DNA of 63,099 nt, counting the filler, from Octopus bimaculoides (Eukaryota): assembly GCF_001194135.2 (NCBI RefSeq). It is 6 parts of 6 records of this genome, joined end to end, with 100 filler letters (N's around TTAATTAATTAA, not from the genome) between each part and the next. Parts side by side here need not be neighbours in the genome. Positions count along the whole stretch, not along the records: positions 53,834 to 63,099 come from NC_068990.1; 5 more parts are not named here. One strand, given 5' to 3'. The position numbers and the translations under genes were made by a program. The notes below the pieces were generated by a model, which saw only the letters and a list, made by a program, of their open reading frames with translations, did no database searches and was not told the DNA's origin. Below, piece after piece: positions 62,926 through 63,099 of this stretch. Position 1 is the first letter of the stretch; the number at the start of each line of letters is the position of its first letter.

Positions 62926-63099
62926 TAACTTTATTTATTTTTCGTTCTTTTACTAACGATATTTATCATATGGGGAAAAAAAAAATAAGTAAGAAAATAT
63001 ATAAACTTTAAATCAAATTAAATATAGAATAAAAATAAAAATGGATGGAATATAAAATTGATACTATTTTTTTTATTCGATTTTTGTTTTTCTCTATTT

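Noticed and set aside
592-62956. Dozens of long ORFs rich in Y/I/H/T/C/V/M or X
   Set aside because: They are translations of (TA)n, (CA)n, (TACA)n and trinucleotide tracts or of N gaps, not genes.

Overview
AT-rich, repeat-dense eukaryotic DNA from a draft assembly. It has many N gaps and five artificial N44-TTAATTAATTAA-N44 linkers that split it into six joined segments. The tRNA-derived SINE families and the density of (TA)n/(CA)n/(TACA)n microsatellites match what I recall of octopus genomes, but that taxon call is an inference. I cannot support any intact host protein-coding gene, rRNA, true tRNA or CRISPR array. Most long ORFs in the track are microsatellite or N-gap artefacts. Recognisable content: about 25 SINE copies from four families, a full-length decayed mariner nested in a SINE, further Tc1/mariner remnants, RTE LINE fragments, Penelope-like (GIY-YIG) retroelement fragments, and two small non-autonomous Helitrons. 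The best signals are: (i) a Penelope-like insertion with a head-to-head 5' inversion and a hammerhead ribozyme motif; (ii) four hammerhead-like motifs of different sequence that share one extra nucleotide after the core, one inside a 167-bp element with a 9-bp flanking direct repeat; (iii) a foldback with 151-bp arms around a pure microsatellite loop; (iv) the SINE-internal TA tract hit by two different DNA transposons. A few exon-like minus-strand segments are reported at low confidence.
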